The notes below the pieces were generated by a model. That model made no database searches, was not told the DNA's origin, and worked only from the letters and a program-made list of their open reading frames with translations. From an uncultured Desulfobacterales bacterium (GTDB lineage: Bacteria; Desulfobacterota; Dissulfuribacteria; Dissulfuribacterales; JAMONC01), in the NCBI GenBank assembly GCA_964578585.1, contig CAZODM010000004.1, positions 1-56,191 of the forward strand: 56,191 nucleotides of DNA, given 5' to 3'. The position numbers and the translations under genes were made by a program. Shown here piece after piece: positions 10,234 through 19,763 of the stretch. How positions within the stretch are numbered: position 1 is the stretch's first letter; each line of letters begins with the position of its first letter.

Positions 10234-10307
10234 TGGCTGGGGGACTAGGATTCGAACCTAGATAAGCAGATCCAGAGTCTGCTGTCCTGCCGTTAGACGA
10301 TCCCCCA
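10234..10307 (-). tRNA. tRNA-Gln(CTG)
   Basis: TGGGGGATCGTCTAACGGCAGGACAGCAGACTCTGGATCTGCTTATCTAGGTTCGAATCCTAGTCCCCCAGCCA; anticodon arm GCAGA-CTCTGGA-TCTGC, encoded CCA. Confidence 0.96.
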
Positions 10308-10322
10308 GCTCATCACGAACAA

Positions 10323-10350
10323 AAGATACATGAACACCTTTAAATGTCAA
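10323..10350 (-). promoter_or_regulatory. Putative sigma70 promoter for tRNA-Gln
   Basis: Minus strand TTGACA-N16-TATCTT just upstream of the tRNA. Confidence 0.45.
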
Positions 10351-10358
10351 GAGAAAAA

Positions 10359-11048
10359 TTAATAACTCTCTCTTTCTACAGGTGCAGTAAGCCTTATTGT
10401 CTCTACCACCTGTTCTGGATCATCTACAATATGAAATATAGAAAGATCTTCTTTATTTATTGCTTTATTTTCAAGCAATGACTGCGAAATCCAATCAACT
10501 AACCCTTTCCAATACTCACTATTTACCAAAATAACAGGTATAGGCTTGATCTTTTTTGTCTGAATAAGGGTTATTGTTTCAAAAAATTCATCTAGAGTCC
10601 CAAAACCTCCTGGCATACACACAATAGCTACGGCATAGCGTATGAGCATTACCTTTCGTACAAAAAAATATCTAAATTCAACATGCAGATTGGTATATGG
10701 ATTTAAAGACTGTTCATGAGGAAGCTTAATATTAAGCCCTGCAGAAAGTCCCCCTGCTTCAAAACAACCCTTATTAGCTGCCTCCATAACCCCTGGGCCA
10801 CCACCAGTTACTACAGAAAAACCTGCCTTAGCAAGCCCTTTACCTATTTTATAGGCATCTTTATATATCTTGCTGTTAGAGTCTACCCTAGCTGAACCAA
10901 ATATTGTAACTGCTGGATAAACCTGACAAAGTGTCTCAAAGCCCTCTACAAATTCTGCCAATATCCTAAACATGCGCCAAGACTCTTGTGCACTTAGAGT
11001 CTCAAGCACATAAGGATGATCAGGTTTTGTCTTACTACCACAAAACAT
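10359..11048 (-). CDS. LOG family nucleotide-monophosphate phosphoribohydrolase (TIGR00730 type)
   Basis: FGSAR, TGGGPGVMEAANKG, RKVML, PGGFGTLDE. Confidence 0.92.
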   Translation of the reverse strand: MFCGSKTKPDHPYVLETLSAQESWRMFRILAEFVEGFETLCQVYPAVTIFGSARVDSNSKIYKDAYKIGKGLAKAGFSVVTGGGPGVMEAANKGCFEAGGLSAGLNIKLPHEQSLNPYTNLHVEFRYFFVRKVMLIRYAVAIVCMPGGFGTLDEFFETITLIQTKKIKPIPVILVNSEYWKGLVDWISQSLLENKAINKEDLSIFHIVDDPEQVVETIRLTAPVERESY

Positions 11049-11072
11049 CTAAAATAAAACTCCTTTTAAAAT

Positions 11073-12377
11073 TTATAATTTAGGAAGAATTCTACTAACC
11101 CTTTCAAAAAGATCCTCTTCATTTATAGTTACAAGCCTTTTATCTTCCATAAGAATACGCCCAGAGACAATTACATCCCTTACATCAGATTTAGATGCTG
11201 AATAAACAATCAATGAGATTGGATTATGGCATGGAAACAGATGAGGCTTATCTAACTCTATTGTAATTATATCTGCTAAAGCCCCAGGAGAAATAACCCC
11301 TAGATCACTTCTTCCTAAACATCTTGCTGCTCCAGATGTAGCCATTTCTAAAACCTTAGTAGCAGGTAAGAGTGTAGGATCATGATTAACTCCCTTTTGA
11401 AGCTTTGCTACAACATCCATCTCTCCAAACATATCTAAATCGTTGTTACTTGCAGCCCCATCTGTGCCCAAAAATACATCCACATCCTTAGACAAGAGCT
11501 CTTTTATAGGGGCAATTCCTGAAGCAAGTTTTAAATTGCTTTCTGGACAATGAGCAACCTTTACCTTATGCCTACTTAGAGCCTCTATATCTTGCTCCTC
11601 TAAAACTACACAATGTGCAAATATAGAATTGGGTCTTAATAATCCTAGGCTTTCAAGATATTGTACCGGTGTTAAACCTCTTTTAAACTTTATCTCATTA
11701 AACTCCCACTGTGTCTCAGATACATGAATATGTAAAATTAGCCCGTCTTCATCTGCCTGATTAAGAGCTGCCTTTAAAAGCTCTTCATCACAAGTATAGG
11801 GAGTATGAGGACAAACTGTAACAGTAATCCTAGGATGCCCCTTCCACTTATTAAAAAGCCTCTTAGTCTCCTTTAATGCATCATAACCAGATGGAAAGGC
11901 AGGAGTTGCAAAATCAAACAACCCCTCCCCTATCCACGCCCTCATTCCTACCTTATCAACAACCTCTGCTACATGGTCTTCAAAAATATACATATCGACA
12001 AAAGAAGTCGTACCACTTCTTATCATCTCAGCACATGCTAGTTCTGTCCCTAATGCTACTTTCTCTGGTGTAAGTTTAGTCTCTGCTGGGAATATGTACT
12101 CCTCTAACCACTTTTTAAGAGGTAAATCATCTGCAAGACCTCTAAATAAAGTCATTGGAACATGAGTGTGGGCATTTATAAGCCCTGGCATCAAAAGGGC
12201 ATTTGTCCTATCTAAAACCTTAAGAGGTTCATATCTTTCAAGTAACTTATTCGTAGGTCCAATCTCTATTATCTTTTCTTTATCAATTGCTACAGCCTCA
12301 TTTTCTATTGGCTCAACAAAAGGATCTGTAATTATATATCTTGCCCTTATCAAAAGAGAAATCTTCTTTTTCGACAT
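11073..12377 (-). CDS. mtaD: 5-methylthioadenosine/S-adenosylhomocysteine deaminase (amidohydrolase)
   Basis: PGLINAHTH, HIHVSET, HCPESNLKLASG, GTDGAASNN; adjacent to a purine nucleoside phosphorylase. Confidence 0.82.
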   Translation of the reverse strand: MSKKKISLLIRARYIITDPFVEPIENEAVAIDKEKIIEIGPTNKLLERYEPLKVLDRTNALLMPGLINAHTHVPMTLFRGLADDLPLKKWLEEYIFPAETKLTPEKVALGTELACAEMIRSGTTSFVDMYIFEDHVAEVVDKVGMRAWIGEGLFDFATPAFPSGYDALKETKRLFNKWKGHPRITVTVCPHTPYTCDEELLKAALNQADEDGLILHIHVSETQWEFNEIKFKRGLTPVQYLESLGLLRPNSIFAHCVVLEEQDIEALSRHKVKVAHCPESNLKLASGIAPIKELLSKDVDVFLGTDGAASNNDLDMFGEMDVVAKLQKGVNHDPTLLPATKVLEMATSGAARCLGRSDLGVISPGALADIITIELDKPHLFPCHNPISLIVYSASKSDVRDVIVSGRILMEDKRLVTINEEDLFERVSRILPKL

Positions 12378-13241
12378 CTATAAATCCTCCAAAATTGCCC
12401 TTATTAAAAGGGCTAGCTTTTCTTCAGCACGACTTGCCTTTTCTATAACATCTTCTATCAAAATAGGATTAAAATTATCTGGATCATTTACATTTGCTAT
12501 AACACTTATGCCTAAAACATCTAAGCCTGAATGAACTGCTGCTATCACCTCTGGTACAAGAGACATTGCAACTGCATCCGCACCTATTAACCTTAAAAAT
12601 CTCGTCTCTGCAGGTGTTTCAAGACTAGGTCCTGCAACTGCTACAAATACACCCTCTTTAAGATTGATACCAAGAAGTTTGGCCTTACTGTGTGCAAGCT
12701 CTCTTAATTCTCTTTTATATGCCCTTGACATATCAGGAAATCTTTCACCCCAATTGGGATTATTTTCACCCCTTAAAGGATTATCAGGGATTAGATTTAT
12801 ATGGTCTTTTATGAGCATTAGGTCCCCTGCACAAAAAGATAGATTAAGCCCACCAGAGGCATTTGATGTAATTAGAACCTGAGCGCCACACTCTTTAAGA
12901 ACCCTTACAGGGAAAGCAACCTCTTTGGCACTATATCCTTCATAATAATGAAATCTACCTTGAAATATAAATACTGGTACACCTGATAAAAATCCTATAT
13001 TAAGACAACCAGCATGAGATGGAGATGTGGAACGCAAAAATCCAGGGATGTCCTTGTAAGCTAAACAATAGCTGTCTTCAAGCCTTTTTGCTAAAGCACC
13101 AAGGCCTGTTCCCAAAATAATACCTACCTTAGGCTTAATAGATACCTTAGAACAAATAAAATCCACCGCTTTTAAAACTTTACTTGTATAATCGTCCATA
13201 ATTAGGTATGGATAGAAGAAAGAAGAAAAATTGTCAATCAC
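12378..13241 (-). CDS. punA: Purine nucleoside phosphorylase (trimeric type)
   Basis: GIILGTGLG, QGRFHYYEG, DHIN, GPSLETPAE, MSLVPE. Likely start is the Met at about 13199. Confidence 0.9.
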   Translation of the reverse strand: MIDNFSSFFYPYLIMDDYTSKVLKAVDFICSKVSIKPKVGIILGTGLGALAKRLEDSYCLAYKDIPGFLRSTSPSHAGCLNIGFLSGVPVFIFQGRFHYYEGYSAKEVAFPVRVLKECGAQVLITSNASGGLNLSFCAGDLMLIKDHINLIPDNPLRGENNPNWGERFPDMSRAYKRELRELAHSKAKLLGINLKEGVFVAVAGPSLETPAETRFLRLIGADAVAMSLVPEVIAAVHSGLDVLGISVIANVNDPDNFNPILIEDVIEKASRAEEKLALLIRAILEDL

Positions 13242-13265
13242 TGAAATACAAAAAAGAGAAATAAA

Positions 13266-13448
13266 ATGTATAATAAAGACACAACCAAAGATGAAAAAAC
13301 AACTAAAATAAGTTTTCCATGGATTCCTGTTATAGCCTTTTTAACAGGCTTTGCAGGTATGAGGATAGGACTTGATCTTTTAAGGTATAAAAGGCAAAAC
13401 AAAGACAATAACCCTAATCAAAAAAAGGAGGAAGAAGATGTCTCTTAA
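13266..13448 (+). CDS. Small hypothetical protein with one predicted transmembrane segment
   Basis: 60-aa ORF with hydrophobic FPWIPVIAFLTGFAGM; overlaps the start of the next gene. Confidence 0.5.
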   Translation: MYNKDTTKDEKTTKISFPWIPVIAFLTGFAGMRIGLDLLRYKRQNKDNNPNQKKEEEDVS

Positions 13449-13683
13449 GGCCTATATACTCATAAACACTAATATTGGGAAAACAGATGAGGTGATAGAG
13501 TCTCTATCCAAAATGCCGGAGGTAAAACATCTAGATGTTATTATGGGCCCTTATGACATTATAGCACAGATCGAAACTGAAGATCATGAAAGCCTTGCAG
13601 AAACTGTTATGACAAAGCTTCAAAAGATTGAAGCAATAAGACACACTATGACCTGCCCTGTTGTAAAAAGTGGAACCATATAA
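13438..13683 (+). CDS. Stand-alone Lrp/AsnC ligand-binding (RAM) domain protein
   Basis: KAYILIN ... MGPYDIIAQIE ... IRHTMT, no HTH; GGAGG RBS. Confidence 0.85.
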   Translation: MSLKAYILINTNIGKTDEVIESLSKMPEVKHLDVIMGPYDIIAQIETEDHESLAETVMTKLQKIEAIRHTMTCPVVKSGTI

Positions 13684-13719
13684 AAACTTTGTTTTAATTC
13701 ATAAGAGCTAATCACATAC

Positions 13720-13752
13720 AGGAAGGAGGCCTTAAAATACCTCCTTCCTTTT
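13720..13752 (+). terminator. Intrinsic terminator
   Basis: AGGAAGGAGG-loop-CCTCCTTCCT followed by T-rich sequence. Confidence 0.7.
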
Positions 13753-13802
13753 CTATTAATACTTTTTTATTCTACATTATGTAAAAAGCCGAGGTCCTAA
13801 GA

Positions 13803-15062
13803 ATGAACCCTTATCTTGCGTTTATAATTGGAGCAATACTTTTAGATTATGGACTAAATCTCTTAGTGTCTATTTTAACTATTAAATCATTAGATCCTAA
13901 TTTGCCTCAAGAATTTAAAGATGTATTTGATGAAAAAAAGTATCTAACTTCTCAAGAATATACCAAGACTGTCAATAAATTCTCTATAGTTAAAGATACT
14001 ATAATGACCATAATAGTCTTATGCTTTATCCTATTAGGTGGCTTTAATAAGTTAGATGTGTGGGTAAGAAGCCTTGGCTTTTCTGAAATAATAACAGGAT
14101 TAATATTTATTGGCGTGTTATTCTTAGGTATGATGTTATTAGAACTCCCATTTTCTTTATATTCCACATTTGTAATTGAAGAGCGTTTTGGTTTTAACAA
14201 AACAACTATTAAGACCTTTATATTAGATACTATAAAGACACTTTTTCTTTCTGTAATAATAGGTGCTCCAATTATCTATGCTATTTTATGGTTCTTTGAT
14301 TGGGCAGGAACTAGTGCTTGGCTTTATTGTTGGGCAACTGTTACGATCATCTTAATAATAATCCAATTCTTGGCTCCTGTTATAATTTTCCCTCTATTTA
14401 ATAAATTTACCCCATTACCAGATGGTGAATTAAAAGATGCCATAATGAGCTATGTAAAAGAACAAAAATTCCCTATAAAAGGCGTTTATACAATGGATAG
14501 CTCTAAAAGATCTACAAAATTAAATGCCTTTTTTACTGGGTTTGGACGATTTAGAAGGATTGTCTTCTTTGACACCCTTATAGATAAATTAACTCCAAAA
14601 GAAATAGTAGCTGTATTAGCCCATGAAACAGGTCATTTTAAATTAAAGCATATCTTTAAAATCATGTTTGTGTCTATAATTCAAATGGGGGTTATGTTTT
14701 ATCTATTGTCCATTTTCATAAATAACCGCTTACTCTTTAACGCTTTTAAAATGACCCATCTATCTGTATATGCATCTTTAGTATTTTTTGCATTTTTATA
14801 CACTCCAATATCAAATATTTTATCTATAGTTTTTAACTATATATCAAAAAGACACGAATTTGAGGCAGATAAATTTGCAGTACTTACTACAAAGAATTCA
14901 AAAGACTTAATAACAGCGCTAAAAAAATTAAGTGTTAATAATATGTCTAATCTTACTCCCCATCCATTGGATGTGTTTTTAAATTATTCTCATCCTCCTA
15001 TACTAAGAAGGATAAACTATATTAAGGAGATAGGAGAAAAACTAGAAAGCAATTCAAAATGA
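13803..15062 (+). CDS. M48 family Zn metalloprotease (Ste24/CAAX protease-like)
   Basis: Multiple TM helices, NAFFTG, AHETGH (HEXXH), HEFEAD, SHPP. Confidence 0.92.
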   Translation: MNPYLAFIIGAILLDYGLNLLVSILTIKSLDPNLPQEFKDVFDEKKYLTSQEYTKTVNKFSIVKDTIMTIIVLCFILLGGFNKLDVWVRSLGFSEIITGLIFIGVLFLGMMLLELPFSLYSTFVIEERFGFNKTTIKTFILDTIKTLFLSVIIGAPIIYAILWFFDWAGTSAWLYCWATVTIILIIIQFLAPVIIFPLFNKFTPLPDGELKDAIMSYVKEQKFPIKGVYTMDSSKRSTKLNAFFTGFGRFRRIVFFDTLIDKLTPKEIVAVLAHETGHFKLKHIFKIMFVSIIQMGVMFYLLSIFINNRLLFNAFKMTHLSVYASLVFFAFLYTPISNILSIVFNYISKRHEFEADKFAVLTTKNSKDLITALKKLSVNNMSNLTPHPLDVFLNYSHPPILRRINYIKEIGEKLESNSK

Positions 15063-15165
15063 TAAAAAAATATCTTGAAATAAAAAAAAATTAAAAAATC
15101 AAATTGACGATTTAAAAGATTTACAGTATTTCTTTTAGGGCTAACTCAGATAGCGATCTTTAAAA

Positions 15166-15253
15166 GCCCGGGTGGTGGAATTGGTAGACACAAGGGACTT
15201 AAAATCCCTTGGGGCTTTGCCCCGTGCGAGTTCGACTCTCGCCCCGGGCACCA
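15166..15253 (+). tRNA. tRNA-Leu(TAA)
   Basis: GCCCGGGTGGTGGAATTGGTAGACAC...; anticodon arm AGGGA-CTTAAAA-TCCCT, long variable arm, GTTCGA, CCA end. Confidence 0.96.
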
Positions 15254-15258
15254 AAAAG

Positions 15259-15296
15259 AAAAAAAGCCAGTTAGATATTTTCTAACTGGCTTTTTT
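15259..15296. terminator. Bidirectional intrinsic terminator after tRNA-Leu
   Basis: A-run-GCCAGTTAGA-loop-TCTAACTGGC-T-run. Confidence 0.85.
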
Positions 15297-15362
15297 GGTT
15301 TTTTTATTTATTTTTTATATCTTAAAATTTATTACTTTGTTTTGCTTTATCTTTATATTTTA

Positions 15363-17306
15363 CTAATTTAACTTATCTAATGCTTCAAGTATCATAAGTC
15401 CAGCCTCATTTACACTGGATTTACCTGCAAGTTTTGAAGCCCTTAATATAAGCATTTCTTTCCCAAATGTTACAGGATCTAAACCAGATATCTTTACAGC
15501 TTGTTTTATATTTTTAGGTAGCACCCTAATCTTATGTTCTTTTGTATAAACAGTTCCTACTTCTCTTAAGGCCTCTAGAACTCTAACAGCAAGAGGAGTA
15601 ATTGGGTTTGCAAAGCCTTCAGGTGTTCCTGATAATGCCCTTTTTATAAGGGCTCCAGCTTCTGTTAATGCAATAGCTTCATTTTGAAGTATATCTATAT
15701 AACCCCTTGCCTCTAACTTATTTAGAGCATAGCTAAGTTCTTCTTGCCATGTTTCGTCAAACTTTGAGTATACATCCGAAATGAAAAAGCCTTTTTCTGG
15801 AATAGTTTGTAACACTTTTAGTTCAAATCTAGTTATGTGTGGCAATCTTCTTATGTTATAGGCTAAATCTGCATATAGTTTTCCAGCTTCTGTTGGCTCT
15901 GCAACTCCTATTAGTAATCTATCTTTTGCTTCCTCATACCAGTTTATATTAGGTGCACCAAATTCTTTATTTGTGATAGTTATAGCCTTAACTGATGTAG
16001 AAGGAATGTCTCTAACTCCTCTTTTATCTACATCTTCTAAGACCTTTTTACCAAATTCTGTTAAATAATATACCTTTTTTTCTTCTAACTCTTTAGTTCT
16101 AATAAGATTAAAAGATTCTAATGTGTATAAGGATTCTTGGACAACATCACCCATCTTTTCTCGCCATCTGTTTCCCTTTTCATAAAAGCTTTTAAAGAGT
16201 TCTTCTACGTTTTTTACATCTTCAAATTTCTTTTTTATTTCTTCTTTTCGTTGATATCCAATATCTTGATATATCCTTCTACCATAATAGTTAAATAGAT
16301 GTTTATATTCTTTAGCTGGCTTATATAATAAAATATCTATTAGTTGATCTGATGTAGGTAATATTTCTGGATTATCCTTATGTTTATCCCAGCATTCTCT
16401 AATACCTTTTAAGAGTTCAATATCTATTAAATCAACATTAAATGTCTTAACAGGTTTAAATTCATGTTCTTTCCATATTCTATATGCCTCTAATATATAT
16501 TCTCCAGCAGGTAATAGGTCTCCATTTTCATTAATGTACGCACAGGCTAAAAGAAATTCTTTTTCAGTATCAGTTAATTCTTCTGTTCCGTAATCTACCA
16601 CTTTTTCCACAGATAACATAATATCTTCAGATACTAATATATCAAAAGCAGGTGCTATATAGTTGCAAGCTTCTTTTACATTTTTACCTAAAGCAGTTAC
16701 ATTATATATATCTGATGTTGGAACAGAAAAGGCAATTAATCGCATAGACTCTAGTATGAGGGGGAATCTACCACCAGCAGGAAGTCTAGAGGAATTAGTT
16801 GGTCCTGCAGGCATATTTTTAATATATTCATATAATTCTTTGTTAATTATAAGTTTGGGATGAGCATTTATAAATACCTCGTATATATCTTTAGCATATT
16901 TATTTATGACTTTAAATATACCTTTTTTTTCTATTTTTCTTTCTTCAATAAAGCCTCTCTTTTCTAATTCATTTAATGTTAATTCACCTGGTATATCATC
17001 GTTTTTAATAGCAGTTTCAATCATCATTAATATTTCTGAGCCTATCCATCTATATTTTTCATCCCAATTAGATGGATGATCTATAAGATTATTATTTATC
17101 ATTTCTTTTATTATATTAGCTAAAGCTCTACCCCAGTAAGTTAGAGTATATTCTAATGGCCTTTCCATTCTCATTAAGTTTGCAAATTCTAACTCAATAA
17201 ATGGAGTAGCTTCACTATCGGTTGATAGTTGATGTATTGGATGTTTATTTAATTCGTCTTCTCTTGTTATAATTAGAGCAAGAGCATGTTCTTTTCTTAT
17301 TATCAT
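15363..17306 (-). CDS. DUF505-like protein with repeated winged-helix-like segments
   Basis: 647-aa ORF with GGAGG RBS. N-terminus MIIRKEHALAL and repeated LT..G motifs resemble DUF505 (family assigned from recall). Confidence 0.7.
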   Translation of the reverse strand: MIIRKEHALALIITREDELNKHPIHQLSTDSEATPFIELEFANLMRMERPLEYTLTYWGRALANIIKEMINNNLIDHPSNWDEKYRWIGSEILMMIETAIKNDDIPGELTLNELEKRGFIEERKIEKKGIFKVINKYAKDIYEVFINAHPKLIINKELYEYIKNMPAGPTNSSRLPAGGRFPLILESMRLIAFSVPTSDIYNVTALGKNVKEACNYIAPAFDILVSEDIMLSVEKVVDYGTEELTDTEKEFLLACAYINENGDLLPAGEYILEAYRIWKEHEFKPVKTFNVDLIDIELLKGIRECWDKHKDNPEILPTSDQLIDILLYKPAKEYKHLFNYYGRRIYQDIGYQRKEEIKKKFEDVKNVEELFKSFYEKGNRWREKMGDVVQESLYTLESFNLIRTKELEEKKVYYLTEFGKKVLEDVDKRGVRDIPSTSVKAITITNKEFGAPNINWYEEAKDRLLIGVAEPTEAGKLYADLAYNIRRLPHITRFELKVLQTIPEKGFFISDVYSKFDETWQEELSYALNKLEARGYIDILQNEAIALTEAGALIKRALSGTPEGFANPITPLAVRVLEALREVGTVYTKEHKIRVLPKNIKQAVKISGLDPVTFGKEMLILRASKLAGKSSVNEAGLMILEALDKLN

Positions 17307-17558
17307 ATATATTATCCTCCTACTTTTTTCTTTTGTTTTTGATTGTATATATCAATCTCAGAATTAGTTATTTAGAATATAAGATTTGTATTTTTAAATG
17401 CAAGACTATAATAATAATCTTATATTTATAAGCCGACTTATGACATAAAAACAAATTATGCTAGCAGTAAAATAACCGAATTGTACTGATTTTTTAATTC
17501 TAACTTAAGCTATGAATTATTCTTAATTACAAATAACCTGTCTAATTTTTCCTTTGAT

Positions 17559-17602
17559 TTTGTAACAGTTTTGTAAAGACTTTAACAACAATTTGACCTT
17601 AA
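17559..17602 (+). promoter_or_regulatory. Four tandem 11-bp-period repeats (OmpR/PhoB-type boxes) overlapping a -35-like TTGACC
   Basis: TTTGTAACAGT / TTTGTAAAGAC / TTTAACAACAA / TTTGACCTTAA upstream of the napC-like gene. Confidence 0.55.
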
Positions 17603-17766
17603 ATATTTGTATAAAATACTTAATAGGATCGACAAGTGAAGTGATAACCCATAACAAATGTTCATATTGAAAGGGGGTGAGAGTTAAAAATTTAGGGAGA
17701 CAAATACGGTTTGGGATCAGTCTTTGACTGGGCTTTAAAGAGTAACAACTTGTAAGGAGTTAACCT

Positions 17767-18312
17767 ATGAGTGATATAGGAGGGACAAAGGGAGCGGTAA
17801 TAGTTGGATTTATTATAGGCTTTTTTATAGCTATACTTTTAGCCCTATTTGCCGCCTCTAAGATTGAATCTACAAGCACTGTTAAGTTTTGTTCTTCCTG
17901 CCATGAGATGAAGATCTTTCGAGATACATGGGCTGAAGCTGTACATGGATCAGATCAACTAGGTGTTATGAAGGCAAAATGTGTAGATTGTCATCTGCCT
18001 CATGAGGGAGTAGTTGATTATCTCATAACAAAATCGGAAGCTGGGATCCATGACTATTTAGCACATATTCGTGGCAAAAAGACTGATTGGATCTCCAAAT
18101 GGAAAAACAGAGGCCCTCATGCTCATGGTGCGTATGAGTCTGGCTGTAAAAGGTGTCATAAAGAACTTATTGCTCCAGGGATTCCAATAAAGGCCTTTAC
18201 TGCTCACAGAGCATATGAATTAGGGGAGACAAAACTTAATTGTATAGATTGTCATCATATGGCTGGACATGGAGATTTAGTCCTAGCCATTATGGAGTCA
18301 AAGAATAAATGA
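17767..18312 (+). CDS. napC: NapC/NirT family membrane-anchored tetraheme quinol dehydrogenase
   Basis: N-terminal TM helix; four CxxCH (CSSCH, CVDCH, CKRCH, CIDCH), first followed by EM. Confidence 0.85.
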   Translation: MSDIGGTKGAVIVGFIIGFFIAILLALFAASKIESTSTVKFCSSCHEMKIFRDTWAEAVHGSDQLGVMKAKCVDCHLPHEGVVDYLITKSEAGIHDYLAHIRGKKTDWISKWKNRGPHAHGAYESGCKRCHKELIAPGIPIKAFTAHRAYELGETKLNCIDCHHMAGHGDLVLAIMESKNK

Positions 18313-18340
18313 AATAAATGTTAAATGTTAAGGAGGGATT

Positions 18341-19708
18341 ATGTGTCTTTCTAAAAGACCGCTCTTGTTTGTAATTTGTTTAAGTTTTTTAACAATGGTT
18401 ATGGCTAATTCCGCTTTAGCCGCTAAGGATAAAAAGGTCTATTATCCTGATTTGTCTAAGGTAAAAAAGATACTTATAAAAAGGGGTTACTCAAAAGTAG
18501 CTATTAAGTGTATAGAGTGTCATGCTAAAAAGACCCCAGGGATTGTTGAAGATTGGAAGTCCAGCCGCATGGCCCATGCAGGGGTGTCATGTTATGATTG
18601 CCATGTTGTTCCAAAGAGTTCTCCTTTGGCAAGTCAGTGTGAAGGGATGAGAGGAAGCAATGTCTATACAACCCCTGTTGTTACTCCTAAGACATGCGGA
18701 CGTTGTCATCCTACAGAGGTTAAGCAATTTGAAAAAAGTGGTCATGCAAAGCTTGCTAGTGCACCAGTAGTAGAGAAGAAAAAGTTTATAAAGCTTTGTT
18801 ACTACCTTGAAGGTGGTCAATTTGCTGGTGTTCCAGAAGGTAGCAAATTGACACTTGCACCAAGACAAACTGGATGTCAGATGTGTCATGGTTGTGTTGT
18901 AAAGCTTGGACCAGATAAGAAACCAGTAGATGGTTGGACTGGTGGAATTGGTACAAGATACCCTGATGGCTCTATTGGAAACTGCATTGTATGTCATAAC
19001 CGTCATGCATTTAGCATCGCAGAGGCTAGAAAGCCTGAGGCATGTGGAAAATGTCACTTAGGTCCTGATCATCCAGATATTGAAATCTATTATGAGAGTA
19101 GCCATGGACAAAGATTCTTAACAGAGGGTGAGCATTGGAAATGGGATAGTGCTCCAGATACATGGGAGCCTGGAGATTATTCTGCTCCTACTTGTGCTAC
19201 CTGTCATATGAGTGGAATTGGTAAGTTAAGTCCTACTCATAATATCAGCGAACGTCTTAAATGGGATTTAGTGCATCCAAAGAGTGTTATAAGAAGTGGA
19301 CTTCGTGGAGATGGTGTAAAAGGTCGCCAGCTTATGAGAGAAGTTTGTCTAAATTGTCATAGCAAACTCTTTGTAGATACTCAATTTGATAAGCTTGATA
19401 GAACTGTTGAACTTTATAACTTCTACGAAACCAATGCTAAAAAGATGTTAACCACTCTCAAGTCAAAAGGACTTCTTAAAAAAGATCCTTGGAGTGATCC
19501 AATACAAGAACTCTACTACTACTTATGGCACCACTGTGGTCGTCGTATAAGACATGGTGCTGCAATGGATGGTCCAGACTATGCTCATTGGCATGGATTC
19601 TTCCAGCTCTTCCAGATGTATAAAGATATGCAAGCCCTTTATAACTATAGGATGAAACACAATAAGATCGAAGAGTTAAGCCCAGTAATGTCAACAGGTC
19701 CTCTTTAA
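18341..19708 (+). CDS. hao: Octaheme hydroxylamine oxidoreductase-like cytochrome c (reductive, epsilon-Hao type)
   Basis: Signal peptide; eight CxxCH (CIECH, CYDCH, CGRCH, CQMCH, CIVCH, CGKCH, CATCH, CLNCH); GPDHP; GPDYAHWHG. Confidence 0.88.
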   Translation: MCLSKRPLLFVICLSFLTMVMANSALAAKDKKVYYPDLSKVKKILIKRGYSKVAIKCIECHAKKTPGIVEDWKSSRMAHAGVSCYDCHVVPKSSPLASQCEGMRGSNVYTTPVVTPKTCGRCHPTEVKQFEKSGHAKLASAPVVEKKKFIKLCYYLEGGQFAGVPEGSKLTLAPRQTGCQMCHGCVVKLGPDKKPVDGWTGGIGTRYPDGSIGNCIVCHNRHAFSIAEARKPEACGKCHLGPDHPDIEIYYESSHGQRFLTEGEHWKWDSAPDTWEPGDYSAPTCATCHMSGIGKLSPTHNISERLKWDLVHPKSVIRSGLRGDGVKGRQLMREVCLNCHSKLFVDTQFDKLDRTVELYNFYETNAKKMLTTLKSKGLLKKDPWSDPIQELYYYLWHHCGRRIRHGAAMDGPDYAHWHGFFQLFQMYKDMQALYNYRMKHNKIEELSPVMSTGPL

Positions 19709-19716
19709 TAGGTAAG

Positions 19717-19744
19717 ACTGTGGGTGGGAGTGCCCACCCACAGT
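19717..19744 (+). other. Perfect 12-bp intercistronic stem-loop after hao
   Basis: ACTGTGGGTGGG-AGTG-CCCACCCACAGT, no U-tract. Confidence 0.75.
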
Positions 19745-19763
19745 AATCTAAAAAATAAAAAGC

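Noticed and set aside
17413-17439. Fifth sigma28-like site (GCCGACTT) upstream of napC
   Set aside because: The -10 lacks the CGAT core, the -35 at 15-nt spacing is poor, and it is over 300 nt from the gene.
17620-17766. Moco or other riboswitch in the napC leader
   Set aside because: Only a short CAGTC-TTT-GACTG hairpin; no recognisable conserved riboswitch core.
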